Counted from the first letter of the stretch, positions 25,215-39,139 are shown. The stretch: 64,000 bases of DNA from Epiperipatus broadwayi (GCA_028023455.1 JAQFVV010000002.1:32922001-32986000), one strand, 5' to 3'. Numbers and translations: made by a program. The notes: generated by a model from the sequence alone, not told the origin.

Positions 25215-25620
25215 TTTTCCTCTTTTTTCATTCATCATTATTCTCAACCATTATTGATTTATAGCAACACCAGCAATTTTTTTTATTTAATTCATTCATT
25301 TCTTGGCCTTTTTCTAGATCTTTTAATCACTTATGATCCAATTTAACCAACTCACTATCTATTAACACCCCTTCTAGCAATTATGTCCAGTCCAACTCCA
25401 TTTCAATCTCTTAATTCCTTCTATGATGTCAGAGTCCTGTTTGCTGTCTCATTTGTGTATTTCATTTTTTGATCTTTTCTTGTTATATCTAATATACACA
25501 TCTCTCTCCATGAATTATCTCAAATATCTGTATTACTCTTCTGTTAAGTGTCCAAATTTCAGATCTATAAATAAGAATTGGTAAAACACATCTGTAAAAA
25601 AACCCTTTCAAATACCTCTT
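25215..25620 (-). mobile_element. RTE-type LINE 3' remnant
   Basis: Similar to 28218-28540 (atgtccagtccaactccatttc...tgatgtcag) with a tcatcatta tail. Decayed. Confidence 0.55.
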
Positions 25621-26999
25621 TTTATTATATATTGGCAAATATACATATACTACACTAGAGAATGGAAATTAATCGTGTCTGTACATTTGTTATGACTGTG
25701 TTTTAAATATAATCTCATTACAAATCTCTTGATAATAGAGTATTGTGAGATCATCAATCATCAATTTAACCATCAGTTAACTTTTGTTTTAATTCGTTAA
25801 TTTTTATGCATAAAATGCATTCTTATGTGGTCATTTTGTGAGAAAGTCGGAGAAATAAATAATTTAAATAAACAAAAAGAGTATGTATCTTTTTTTTTTT
25901 AAATGTATTTTATTTCAAATTAAAGATAATACTTGTAACATGGATAAAAGCTTGAATGCCTAATATCTTTTTTGTTTATTTAAATATAAAAAGAACGCTG
26001 TATAGTATTGGGGGTGGGGGGGTGGGGTGTACTTATAGTGTATAGTAATGAACAATAAATTCATAATACTTTATCAGTCGTAAAAAAAAAAATTATTTTT
26101 AAGAATTGGCATTTCCTTAATTAAAGTTTTGTTCTTAAATGTCAATTTATAATAATTAACTCATCGTAATATACATTAAATAAAAACGCTATGTTAATAT
26201 ACACTTTTATTATAAAATATTTATACATTTAATTTATCAAAATGTTTTTTTAATGGTTATTAATATACAAACATTCCTATTGATTTTTCTAAACTTGCTT
26301 TATTTACTAAACTAATTCAAGTAAAAAAAGAAATAACTTGAAGTTATTACGAACGTTATATTATTTTTCGTCCGCCGATGTTTAATTACTTAATGTAATC
26401 TTTTTATTAATGTATAAAAAACTCACTCTTTGATTTTTCGTAAACTTCTTTTAATATTGAATTAAATTATGTAAATAAATTTGATGTGATCTAAATATGT
26501 TATTATTGTGTAACGCAGTTCTATCAGTTATTTAATAACACAATCTTTAAATTTTTAATGTAGTAGGTTTATTAGATAAATTTTTCTCCTTTAAAAAAAG
26601 TAATTTAAAAATACTTAATAAATATTTGTGCTATTTATATTGTATATTTTGAATTATATTTTAGGTGTTCTTATTTTTCAAATATTTTTGAAATACTGTT
26701 TATCTTGAAAATGATTATATTAAATAATTGAAATGACAAATTTTGTTCATATTAGATGAATTATTTACATGATTTAGTTCAGAAGCAAATCAAGTTTAAA
26801 AAGGTATCTAAAAGATTGTTTTTTATTCATCAAAAATAGATTATTAACATTTGAAAATGACACTAAACCACGAACGGAAAAAGCTTTCTGTGGATGATTA
26901 ATATATATATAGCCGTTGTATATGATTTTTATTATTTGTTATAAATTAGGAGAAGTTGAAAAAAGTATTGGGAATTAGAAGAGTTACATTTTTAAATAA

Positions 27000-27480
27000 A
27001 ATATATTCAAATCATTATCCGTTATCTGCTAAAAAGACAGAGTCTGTACATTATCCCAATGATTCCCTTCAATCCTTTTATCCATTTGCTCTATCTTTCA
27101 CATAATCATTTTAGTAAGATTAGAGTGAATTGCTATGTCCCTTATTTTTTTTTAGACATTTCTTTCATAATTCTTCTTCATCTAACCTTATGCCCTGTCT
27201 AATGGTCTTTTCAACATCATATATCTAGTAATAATCTATTCATTTATTATCTTCAGCATCTTCAACGTAAGATCCTTTTTTTTTTTCTAACTTTTTTCCA
27301 TTCCTCTCATCGTCCACATTTCAAAAGATAACTATCTTTTCATTCTTTCTAATCTTCAAGTCTCTATACTCATTTGTACAAAACATTTAACAAATCTTTT
27401 TTCTTTTAATTCCAATTTTATTAAGTTTCAAAATAATTTTCTATCATTATTAGAAATCTGATTTGTCCTGCAATTTTTGT
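27000..27480 (-). mobile_element. RTE-type LINE RT remnant
   Basis: Minus strand contains VEKTIRQG (the GVRQG motif) in a decayed frame. Confidence 0.5.
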
Positions 27481-28217
27481 TGTTATTTCTATCACCAGAC
27501 AAACGACTTTTTAAATATACTTTATTTCTTCAGCATATGGACTTTTTTTTTTTGACTGCGTCACTATTAACAAAATGTCTAAAAGATCCTATAGAGATTC
27601 TAACCTGAAATTAGAATCATAACAGTGGTTTTATTAAATTCTTTAATTCTGTTATTGTAGACATAAATTCAGCAATCGTCATGTGGTTCATACTTTGTGT
27701 TCACCCTCATTTGCATAGATCACTGGCTGATAAATTTCATTTATGAAACAGAGTGCAATGACCTTAGAATATTGTGAATCTATTGATGAGATTCCAATTG
27801 AATCTGGAAGATCAAATCCAGATAGCTTTATCGTAGTCTATGGGGAAATAAATTTATTTGGAATTTCATAATAATTCATTTTTTGCTCATAATTCTTTGA
27901 TTATAATATTTAATTATTTTTACTATAATGTGATGTTTGTAAGTTTTAATAATATGGATACTTAATGAGAAATCCACATTCCCAGTTTTATTTCTGGTGG
28001 TTATTCTGTATTCATTGAAGAATAGAATTGTACATGCAGTCTGGCTACCATCTTTATCTTTTATACTATTAAACTAATAACCAAAATTTCAAAAACATTC
28101 TTAAGATGTTGAACCAAAGGCAAATTGCTTGTATAGTTATATAAATTTGATGCTAGACCTGTAACTATGTATTTTAATGGTCTCATGTTAATCTTTATCC
28201 TAAGGACTTTTTTTAAT

Positions 28218-28540
28218 CATCATCATTATCAACCATTATCAATCCACTGCAGGATGAAGGTCTCTCCAAGTTCAATCCAATTTCTCTGATCTTTATCTTC
28301 TCTTTTCCAAATCACCCCTGCATACTTTCTTATTTCATCCATCCATCTCACATTTGGGCTCTTTCTAGATCTTTTACAATCTCTTAAGATTTCAACTGTC
28401 TATCTCTTATCATCTTTTCAAGTAATATGCCCAGCTTGACTCTATTTCAGTCTCTTAATTTTTTCAATGATGTCAGTAACCCCTGTTTGTTCTTTCATCC
28501 ATGCATTTCATTTTCAATCTCTTCTTGCTACTCCTAAAAT
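28218..28540 (-). mobile_element. RTE-type LINE 3' end
   Basis: catcatcattatcaaccattatcaatccactgcaggatgaagg tail followed by W.GH..R-type coding remnants. Confidence 0.7.
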
Positions 28541-28568
28541 ACTTTTTTTTTAATAGAATGATATATAC

Positions 28569-29058
28569 CAGGGATGGACAACCTTTTTCAATGGCAGGCC
28601 AAATCAAATTTAACTGATGTAGATGAGGACCGTAATTTTTAGGAGTTTAAAATAAAAGAACATAACCGTGAAAATTTTAGTAATTATTAATCACATTAAG
28701 ATCTTATCCCATTTTCATTAATATTATTTATTATTACACTTGCATATAATTTTATCACTGCAAACAAAAATAAGAAAAATACAGTGTTAATACAAAAAAT
28801 GTAATCCAAATTTTAATGAGATTGTTTATTTTTAACAATGCAATATAGTTTTAGATAAGGTGCGCTCCAAATTTTTATCATTTATTCGGGATCTATTTTT
28901 TGGTTTAATAAATGGTACTTTGGAAAAAAAATTATTCACATTTATATATGCTGGAACATTTTTAAAAATAAAAATGAGCAAACACATTCTGTCAAAGACT
29001 GTTTTGTGAAATTTTGAGTACCAGAGTTGGCCTGTGGGCTGGAAATTGTCCATTTATG
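28569..29058. mobile_element. hAT (Charlie-like) non-autonomous element
   Basis: TIR cagggatggacaa / ttgtccatttatg, subterminal ggcc motifs, 8-bp flanks atatatac / gcatatac. Confidence 0.65.
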
Positions 29059-30859
29059 GCATATACTATTCTACTCCAGAACACATATTAATAGCTTGTG
29101 TAATCAGTATATATTAGATGGTAGTGTTATATCCATATCTCTAGATTAATTTTTGATTATTGGTTGTTTTCAGTGAGACTTGAATTCAAAACCTTCACAT
29201 GTTTTTGAAGTGTTCAATAATAGTGGACATTTGAATTTTGTACTATACATAGATTTTTATTACAAATACTTTGTTCAGGCCGATATGTCTTATTAAAACA
29301 TTCATGCTCAAAATGACATTTTGTGAATAAGTTGTAGTTGGGAGTCAGAATATAAAAAAAGCTTATATAGTATGATCTACAAATGCAGATTGTTAGGTGA
29401 CTCGAAAGCTAGTATGCTCCAAGTTTAATATGATAATGAGATGAATTAAAAAATACTTCCTATTCCAAGAATATAAGTAGGAAATTTGATATTTGTTCTT
29501 TAAAAGGATTTGATATTCGTTCTTTAAAAGGAATTGTTATTCATTCTAAATTTCATTAGCTATTTACAAATTTGGTTTTTCAAGATTGCCACATTATAAC
29601 ATGGAATTATCTTAAGAATCATGTTGTGGATACAAGTAATTTTATTTCTGGTTTCACTAAAAAGAAGGAATCCTCCCTCTCTCTGACAAAGATTCTATTA
29701 TTAGTGATCTAATGAAATGGGAACATGGTATTTTGTGAATAGCAGAACAATAAATTATATGTGAAGTTTCGTAATCAATGTGAAGATTTGAAGCAAAAGT
29801 CCAGCAGTTGTCAGAAAGGCTTAAAAATCATTGCTAGATTAAAACTCCATTATAGATATGATTGTGGTTATCATCTTGAATTCCTTGATTCAGTAATAGA
29901 ATAGTATCATCTGGAACTTTGTATCCAAATTGTTCCCTTCTGGTACTCAAATGTATTATGAATTTTCAATTATTAAAGCCATTTGATTAGTTATTTTCCC
30001 GCTACATGTTTTAGCGTAGCGATAGATTGTCAGATCTTAAAGCGTAAGGTCGCTTTGATTCCATGTCTATGACTTCCAGAACTTGAGCTTCTTATGAACC
30101 TCCATGCAATAAAGTCTTTCAATTATTATTATTTTATCGTTATAATCGTTTTTGTTGTGTTGAAAATAACATTCGTATGGATCTGAAAAACACTGTCATA
30201 ATCCTATTAAGTCTATGGATGGTTATCCTATTTGATAATAATGATATTACAAGCAAATAAAATAAAGGTAGTATTTTGATCATCTTTTAAATAATGATAG
30301 AAGAATTGAGATGATGTGGCATTTAGTTATATATTCTTTCTACCTACTCATTTTGATTTGGGTGAAGATACCCAATTTAATGAAGATAAAACAGCTTTTG
30401 TAATTTTAAAAAATGCTTGGTGAAGTTTTAAATTGTTGTTTTTTGTTGCAAAAACAACAGAAATTTTTAGAAATATATAAAATTATGCCACCTGATCTTT
30501 ACAATCCTTCTAATTACCAATTTATAAAAATAGAGAAGATATAGCTGAGGATGGAATACAATGGAGAACTAACATTAGTCAAGATGATAAAGTTTAATAT
30601 TAAATGCAGGAAATGAAAAACGGCATAACAAGGTGTTGTATGGGGATATGTTTGTGGTTCATGGTTTGGTTTATATAGTCATCACAAAATGCATCTTTAA
30701 TTTTTATTCTTAGTCTTTTTATCCCCCCTCCTCCCCAAAACTAGAATATCCATGCTCATTTATAGCTGCTAACAATAGAGTCAAAGGTCCTATGTGCAAT
30801 TTGTTTTTGGTGAAGTAATCAATAATCAGAAAATCTAAAAATATTAGCCCAATCTTGTA

Positions 30860-31830
30860 GTGTTTTTTGATTACCCAAACTTACAGTAGATGGCGTTTGT
30901 GTAATAGAATAAATACAAAAGCAAAGAAAAGAAAGGGATTGATAAAGAAATTAACAATGCTTTCATATAACAAATATGATATAGCTATAATTGTATGGAA
31001 GGGAGTGGCAGTAGCAGGGTTAACATATGGTAATGATGTGTTAATAAAAGAGTATTAGGTTACTTGGAAAAAGTACAAAGAGAAGTAGGAAAGCAGGCAT
31101 TAGATGCAGATGTGTGGATGGCAAGTGAGGCAATTCAAGGAGAAATGGAGAGGTCAAGTTTTTATATGAGGGATGCAAAAAGCAAAATGAAAATGTTTGG
31201 TAGATTGCAGTTTATGGATAATAAAAGAATAGGCAAAATAGTATTTAATTGGGTTATGAATAAAGGGCAGGTAATAAGATGGGCGAGAAAGATAATGCAG
31301 TTTGCAGATTTGTATGAAGAATTTATGTCAGTATTCTTGTACAAAAGGTGGCATGATTGTGTTAGGAGAATTATTAAATGTTATAGTGGTAAGGAATGGG
31401 ATAGAAGAATAGATGCATTAATAAAAATAGGGAGTTGGAAAGATGGAGAACTGGTATGGAGATTAAAAAGAGTTTAAATATATATAGAAGTAAATGGAAT
31501 ATTGGATGCAAGTTAATTTATGATAATAGCAAGGAAAGTAGTTTACTGTTTAAGGCTCGAGGGGGATTATACATGTAAATGGAAAAAATGTGGGTGATTT
31601 AGTCTGGAAGTTGGTTAAGGAAGGCATAGAAAATATTAGGCATATTTTAATTGAATGTAAATGCATGAAAGTAGAAAGGATCCAAATAATAAAGTTGTGG
31701 AAGAATAAATATAAGGAAAGTGATTATACAGAAAGTGGGTTTTATAAGGGGGATTTAGATATAAAAGCCATGGAGTTGACAAATATTATGTTGTGGAAAT
31801 GAGATGGAGCAAGATATGGGAAAACTTAGG
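30860..31830 (+). mobile_element. Non-LTR retrotransposon (L2/CR1-group-like) RT C-terminal remnant
   Basis: IVWKGVAVAGLTYGNDVL...LEKVQREVGKQAL...EAIQGEM..SSF..RDAKSK..FGRL, and later ENIRHILIEC. Confidence 0.8.
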
Positions 31831-32279
31831 GTGGGGAATGTGAAGGGAAGGTAAAATGGCTAACAGATTTCTCTGGGCATAATTGCTGAGAGATTCCTGA
31901 CTCCGTATAAGAAGTCACAGTGCATCACATCATGTCACAATGAATTATTGTTCCAAAAGAAATGGTGATTGTAAGTAGAAAAAGTCATGTATTATATTGG
32001 TAATTTCCAAAGTATATTAAAAGCACTATTCTACTACCTAATGTCCAGCTTGTTTCTGCTATGATTATAATCGCTGCTTTAGACTTTAGTTTATTGTTTT
32101 TGTTTTTTGCTTAAACTTTTTTATTTATTTTGTTAAGCTACTTCGTGATATCCCGAAGAATTGTCATGTTACCAGAAAAACTCAAGTATTATATCTTACA
32201 ACTCACAATGCTAACTCTATAGTTATTGAAACACCTCTCGTTTAGTAATTCATTTGAATATATATTAAACAGAGCAGAA

Positions 32280-32700
32280 ATTAAACGATGTCCATATTAG
32301 TCATCATTCTTCCTTTTAATCCGTATTTTTCTTTTTCAAAATATCAATTGCTACTTCTTTAATTTTCTTTCTTAGTAATAGTTCCTTTATTGCATCTCTT
32401 GATATTTAATCCATCTTTTGTTTCTTTTTCTTTTCTTTTTTTAAATATCTAAACTACTACTGCATTCTTCCTGTTTTCTATGTTACTCTTATCATTTAAA
32501 CATTTACTGTACAAATTTGAAATAGTCTCTATTTCTTTACCTGATTCTTTTAAAATCTGTATAATGATTTTATCATTGTCTGAAATTATTGCACTTTTTA
32601 TAGATTTAATTGTTTGTTTCATCTCTTCAATAAAAAAATTGTGCCATTTCAGATGATCTTATAGTTGTTTCAGCTTTATTAGTATGTGACTTTTATAGAA
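32280..32700 (-). mobile_element. Decayed LINE (RTE-like) remnant
   Basis: Pyrimidine-rich plus strand typical of antisense, Lys-rich LINE ORF2; only partial motifs seen. Confidence 0.4.
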
Positions 32701-32744
32701 TTTTCCCACACATTTCATGTCAACTTTGTCTCCTTATTGTTTTC

Positions 32745-33770
32745 AACTAATGTTATCAATTGTTTATACTAATAATTTTTATTAGTCATTTATCAGACTA
32801 AAGATTATTCACTTAACGATAATATTTCTGTAGTGTAATTTTTATTACACCACTCGTCACTCAAGATAGGGACTGGCTTCTATCCGCTTTTAACACCTTG
32901 TGAAGATGTGGTATGATATGGAAAAGATGTATGGTCGCCAAGATGCACATTTCATGCTGAACCAGGACTCATCAGTTGGCCCAGATCACAATCTCTTACA
33001 CATATCTTTATCATAGTTCAGTATATACAGATAAACATCACATGATCACCATCTCTTATACTAGCACATAACTGTTATTAAACAGGCAAAACTCTCCTTC
33101 TGGCATCCATTGATTACTCTGGTTGGAACAAGGTGGCACTACTGTATGGAGAGTTTTGTCTATTATATACAGATAGCCAATTGCTACTGTTTAAATGATG
33201 TGTCAAGCTTATTATCATTACCATGCTGGCACAAGTCACTTGATGGAAGTATATTAATAGTTTTTAGTAATCATTCATTAGACTAGAGATTATCCACTTA
33301 ATGATATATTTCTGTAGCGTAATTTTCACTACGTCACTCATGCAACGGAAGGACTGGCTTTTATTCACTTCATATAGTGAAAATTATACTACAGAAATAT
33401 TATCATTAACTGGATAATCTCTAGTCTAATGAGTGACCAATAAAAATTATTAAAGTATACCCCCATCACGTAGTATGTGTCAAGGTTCCAAGAGCAGTAA
33501 GTTTAACGTCGATTAAACTATAGTCATTGGTTATCTATATATACTGAAATATGATAAAGGTATGAGTAAGACATTGTGATCTGGACCAACTGATGAGTGA
33601 TGGTTCAGTATGAAATATGCATTTTGGGGATCATACAACTTTTTCATATGTCTTTGGTCATATGTTTATGATTATATCCTTCCACAAGGTGTTAAAAGCA
33701 GATGGAAACCAGTCCATACTTTGCATGAAAGGGATGTAGTGATAATTACAGTACAGAAATATCACTAATT
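32745..33770. mobile_element. Family D array: tandem antisense units, a fold-back, then a sense unit; hammerheads at 32938-32979 (-) and 33586-33627 (+)
   Basis: Minus strand: ccaa CTGATGA gtcctg gtt cagcat GAAA tgtgca TC ttgg. Plus strand: ccaa CTGATGA gtgatg gtt cagtat GAAA tatgca TT ttgg. Confidence 0.85.
33034..33163. mobile_element. Family B mini fold-back inserted in family D
   Basis: Flanked by the 12-bp TSD tatatacagata (33022-33033, 33164-33175). Confidence 0.8.
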
Positions 33771-34158
33771 GCTGATACTGTTTCTTTGTTGTATTCAATT
33801 AAATATATTGATCTTGAAATATAATTTTTCTGTTAGAATATAATTAAACTTTTATATGCCTGCTAATTCAACAAATCTATACATTTTTCTTTATATCCAT
33901 ATTTATCTATAATATACAGTATCCATCTTTCAAATGTTTTCAATTTTAATATTAAAATCTTTGGTTACCATTTTAAATAGTCTGTTCAAAAGTATCACAG
34001 AATTTGGAATATACTAATAATGTGATTTCTGAAGTATATTCTCTTATTCTTCTCTTTCACTTTCTTTGCATATCTTCATATAATCATATATATTGCTTAT
34101 AACACTTCTTTCTTATACACTTTAATGCAACAAATTTTCTTAAAAACTTCTTTATTTT

Positions 34159-34197
34159 CCTTACAGTTTCGACTGTCCAGCAGTCTTCATCAGAGCT
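34159..34197 (-). ncRNA. Family A minimal hammerhead with intact core
   Basis: agct CTGATGA a gactg ctgga cagtc GAAA ctg TA agg. Stem I is only 2 bp in this copy. Confidence 0.55.
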
Positions 34198-34206
34198 ACA
34201 AGATTT

Positions 34207-34295
34207 GAATAATATAAATACATAACCATCATTTCTTTGAATTATATAAATACATAACCATCATTTCTTTGAATAATATAAATACATAACCATCA
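34207..34295. repeat. 32-bp tandem triplication
   Basis: gaataatataaatacataaccatcatttcttt repeated about 3 times. Confidence 0.85.
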
Positions 34296-34479
34296 ATTCC
34301 ATTCTACTATGTCTGTTATTTGTATGTTTGTGCATTTGTCATTAAGTATAGGTCAACCTTTTCAATTCACTTGTTTTTTCATCTTTTTTTTTTCTGTCCC
34401 ATTTAATATTACACAATTTTTCCAATTCTTGCATTGAAATTCCAAATAAAAGATCATACTGAATCCAGTCTAAGATCGT

Positions 34480-35330
34480 TATTAGGCGTTTTTAGCATCT
34501 TATGCCTTCAACCATCAACCACTCACTGTCTTTAATATTAACATTATAGATTTTATGATATGATGTCATATCATTTGTACTAAGTGTAAATATGTATATA
34601 AAAAAGAATAGCCACAAATTATACCCTTCCCTCAAAATTGACATTCGGTAACTATCAGATATCTGAAAAGGCAGAGTCTCATCTTAATTGCAGAAATAAT
34701 TAATAAACTCACATCAGTGTCTGATATGTGTTAATGAGCCACACTTCTATGTTCAAGTCTTCTTTCATAATTTAAGCTTTTTTGTCATTTGCAATTCTTC
34801 TGTCTGAACTATTCCTTTCTTAAATTTTTTTTTTTTAAATTGCCCACCTTTCATTTGAATTTACAGTAACATTTATCTTGGCTATTTTTTTCCTAACAAA
34901 TTTGAGAACTTTTTCTTGTATCTTTAATGTATATAATAGTTTGTTGCTGAGTTGTTGTTTTTTAATTTAGATATTTTACACTCTTATAATTTAGTTTTAT
35001 TTCTGTCCGTATTAATTTCTGATCTAATCTCTTTTAATTCCTGCATTTTTAACATTGTTTTAAATCTCTTCTGTTCTTAGATCCGTGAGTAGTCTAAATG
35101 AAATTTGTTTCACCTACCTGGAGATTTCAATGTCTAAATTATTTTTGATTTTTAATCCGTGTAGTCAGTAATATTGTGCTATTTTTAGTTTTTAAAAATG
35201 TACAAATCTTTCATCTCTTGTCTTAAATCTAAACTATAGTCTCATACAATCGTCTTCTGTCACTTACCATAGCATTCTAATTCTAAATTATTGTTAAATA
35301 ATTACTCTTTTTGTTTTTCCCTTTAAAATT
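34480..35330 (-). mobile_element. Decayed RTE-type LINE endonuclease-region remnant
   Basis: The minus strand shows degraded motifs resembling KN.ID.I and SDHRL. Confidence 0.35.
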
Positions 35331-35427
35331 CTTTATTATCATGTTTTCCAATTATTTGAGTCAAGCATAATAAAAATAAAAAAAATTGATGTGTTAATAA
35401 AAAACTGGTATTGATTGAGCGTCAAGT

Positions 35428-35720
35428 CTAGTCATCACGTGATCACTATCTCTTATACTAGCACAATTGTTATTAAAGAAGGCAAAACTCCCCATACCGT
35501 AAAGCCAACCTGTGCCAACCAGAGTAATCAATGGATGCCAGAAGGCTTGTGCATAAAATCCCTATCTAGTACTTACTCATCTGATATCCCCAGACCAGTT
35601 TCTGGCTTGTGGCTTGTGGATGAGTAGGCACTAGATAGGGATTTTATGCACAAGCCTTCTGGCATCCATTGATTACTCTGGTTGACACAGGGTGGCACTA
35701 CTGTATGGAAAATTTTATCA
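35428..35720. mobile_element. Family B fold-back; the turn lies inside the hammerhead
   Basis: Arms share ccagagtaatcaatggatgccagaaggcttgtgcataaaatccctatctagt. The centre holds only the 3' half of the ribozyme (GAAA ctgg TC tgggga on the minus strand). Confidence 0.85.
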
Positions 35721-36529
35721 CATCTAATCCTTAATTCAAACAATTTCAGAATTAATTTATGTATTTGTTTTTCCCCTATACATCTATGATATAAGAGTGA
35801 ACTGCTGATAACTTCGATAATAACAGTTATTTAGTATTTTTAAAATAAATAGTATATCTGCATAATTGTTACATCTCTTGGAACAAGTTTCATCCTCATC
35901 TGTAAACAGCTATTTATCATTTATTATTATATAATAACACTATCTCTTGCTCTTTTAAAACAAAACTCGCACCTTTATGTCTACTTTTATCACTAGAACA
36001 ATGAATTCTTATTCTCTCTTTACTTTCATCTTGCAATCCATTTCTCTTGCTTTTTCAGCGACCCACAGTATCTATCTTATTTCTCATCATTCCTAATAAT
36101 TCATATTTTAAATATAGGTTATTTATAATTTTAAAATTCCATATATCAGTATATGAGTTCATTAAACTTTGTATCACAATGCAAAACGTTAAGAAGCTAA
36201 AATTAAATCAAGTTAAGAGAGTAGTAGTCAGTGACTGATAAACTATTATTGAAAGGGATTCCATGTTATTACTTGACCCTAATTTTTATTGTCTAGGTAA
36301 TATAATCTCTACCTGCAAGAAGGGATATAGTGAAGCTGTAATATATGCTATATATATACTGCTTCAATTATATTCAAGTCCAAGAAAAATATAAATAATA
36401 AAAAAAAAAAACATTAAACTGCGTAAATTTAATAAATTGTATGATATGGCAGCAATCATTTTTCCATCTCAGAGCATCACACATGATCATTTTTATTAGT
36501 AATGTTTCTTTATCTAATATTGAAATCAT

Positions 36530-36800
36530 ATTTTACTCTTCATTTTATGTTTACCAAATTTGATGTATGATATTTCACATCATAAAATATTTTCTAAGCG
36601 TAATGCTAAAAGTTTTCACAAATTACATTTAAAAAGCATTATAAAGTCGATATGGACTTAAAAATATTAAAGGAACTTTCCTGGAAATGAGACTGCTTGC
36701 CATTATGTTTCTAAAGAGAAAAAATCATTGAAGAAAAAGGATATAATTGTGATAAATATCAGAATTTCCATATCCATTTTGTTCAAAAATAAAGATGCAG
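36530..36800. repeat. Dispersed AT-rich repeat shared with about 59380-59640
   Basis: aaatttgat.tg...tatttcacat.ataaaatattttctaag...gacttaaaaa occurs at both sites. Unclassified. Confidence 0.55.
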
Positions 36801-38089
36801 TGTAGTAATTTTTTTTATTATTTTAATTTTTTGAGAGAATGTTATTGAATAAATACATAGTAAATATATATGTAAATGTGCAAGTTTGCTTATAATCTTA
36901 ATTTATATATGCACATTATACATATGAAAAAGCATCTGTGTGCATTAAAAATTGTCATACTCCCACAATTCAATAAACAATACTTATTCAATTATAATCA
37001 AAGCTTATCAACAAAATATGAGCTATTATGTATAATATACAATAGATGCATTGGGAGCTTAGAATAAAATATAGCAGATATTGTGACTCCACTGGGCATG
37101 CGAATATAAGAGTCCTTTTAACACTATTGTGAACTGAATTGATATCTTCCATACTGGAAACCAATTTTTACTGCAAAAGCACTTTTCCATTTGCTATTCC
37201 ATTGCCTACTAATTTAACATCCCTGAAAGTCTTATTAAATTTTATCTTGTTTTTTGCATTGCTAAAATAAATCAATCTATTAATTATATTTCAGGTTTGT
37301 GAAGAGTGCCTGGTTTTCAAATATTTACTTATATTTCAATAACATAAAACTAACTTTATGCAATTAATGTCACTAATTATACATATTTTATATGTAATTA
37401 AGGAGAGCAAACCACTCTCTCTTCGGCTACAAGTAATTAACATTCTGTTTAGCTAGGATCAATAATATATAGGTCCTTTTTATTCCTGATTCTTGCTAGA
37501 TATACACTGTTGGGAAGCTCCATTCTATTCTTGATCCTTGCTAAACACACAGAATGTTATTTACTCATAGCCTGCAGAAGAGTGGTTTGCTTTCATGAAT
37601 TATATGTTAAGCTATGCTAATTTTATGTTTCTATTTTGTATGACTAAATATGTACCACTTTAAGCCAATGAACATCACATAACCAACACTTTGTTAACAG
37701 AGATTGTGCAATGAAATGCATTGAAAAAAATGAGTTTGGGAAATTTTATACAGGAAATTTGCGCATGATTTAATAAATATTATTAGAGAAATGCACTTAA
37801 AATCTAGATTTGATTGTTTACAAATATGTCAATCACATTTAGATGATTTATTACATATACTGTATATATAAACCAAGCAATTTTGAAGCTAAACTGAAAT
37901 AATATATAAATTACTTATTACAGTATAGTTAAATCTGATAGCCAATTAAAATTGCTAATACAAAATTTACAGCTTTACATTAAAATAATATATTATTCTG
38001 GTCAGTGTGTGTAGGTAGCCTATCGTGTTTTTTAGAAGTAGGGTATTTGTTAGTTAAACTAGGATTATTTAAGGCTATAAAACCATCAA

Positions 38090-38950
38090 AACATCACATG
38101 ATCACCATTTCCTATGCTGTTAATAACAGTAGCAAACTGCTACTATTATTAACAGGTTATGTAAGCATAGGAAATGGTGGTCAGTTTTGATGGTTTTATA
38201 CCAATGCTGTTCATGGGATGGGTGATGTTAATTGTGTTTTTTGAAAAACTAAGTACAGTAAAATGTATAGTTACTGAACTGAGTTCAGAACTATGTGAGT
38301 ATACAAGTGAAAAAACAGGCAAAACACACCAAAATGTATGGGTACTGAACTGAGTTGAGACCCCTTTGTATAAGCTAATGGGCTTGGATTGAAAACATTA
38401 AGGTGTTTTCAGTTTAAGACTCATAGTTTTGTACTTAAATGGAGATAAAAGGTGGCTGCTGGAGCGTTGCATTAGATCCTAAGATCTAGGTGCAGTGCTC
38501 TCAGATCCAAAGCTCCTCACTGATGAAGGCCCCAAACCAGAAACTAGTCTAGGGATATTGGATGAGTAGGCATTAGATGGGGATTTTATGCACAAGCCTT
38601 CCGGGATCCATTCATTACTGTAGCTTGCTGTGTGTGGCAATAGGTATAGGGAGTTTTGCCTGTTTTAACAGTTATACACAAGCATAAGAAGTTGTTGTCA
38701 TGTGATGAGTATACAAATGAATGATTTGGATTGAAAACATTATTGTGTTGTCATGTTTAGGCTTTTAACTTTATAGTTAACTAAATAGGTAAAAGGTATT
38801 TTGCTGGAGTATTGCATTAAACCTCAAGATCAACACTTTTTACTGATGAAGGCCACAAGCTAGAAACTAGTCTGGGATTATTAGATGAGTAGTCATTAGA
38901 TAGGGATTTTATGCACAAACCTTTTTGCATCCATTGATTACTATGGCTCG
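38090..38950 (+). mobile_element. Family B array: small terminal hairpin plus about 1.5 tandem units; hammerheads at 38514-38555 and 38838-38877
   Basis: tcctca CTGATGA aggccccaaacca GAAA ctag TC taggga, and tttta CTGATGA a ggc cacaa gct a GAAA ctag TC tggga. Confidence 0.85.
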
Positions 38951-39139
38951 CATGCTTCTATTATTGAAAGTTGTCATAAAATTAATAAACCAGTAATACC
39001 ATACTGTCTATAGCGTCTACAATGATACAAGCTAAGTCTGGGTAAAGTAAGATTTCAGTTTTGGGGGATCATTGAAAAATCATTCTTTAAATTAAATTGA
39101 CAATGTTTTTTTTTTATTATTATTAATAAGAGGCTATAA

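Noticed and set aside
26756-26803. AG/GT-bounded 48-bp segment as K2P exon 2
   Set aside because: In the required phase 1 it reads D-E-L-F-T-stop. The open phase-0 reading (MNYLHDLVQKQIKFKK) does not resemble the K2P cap or pore region.
29590-30230. Possible decayed coding remnant
   Set aside because: Frequent stops and no recognisable family motif.
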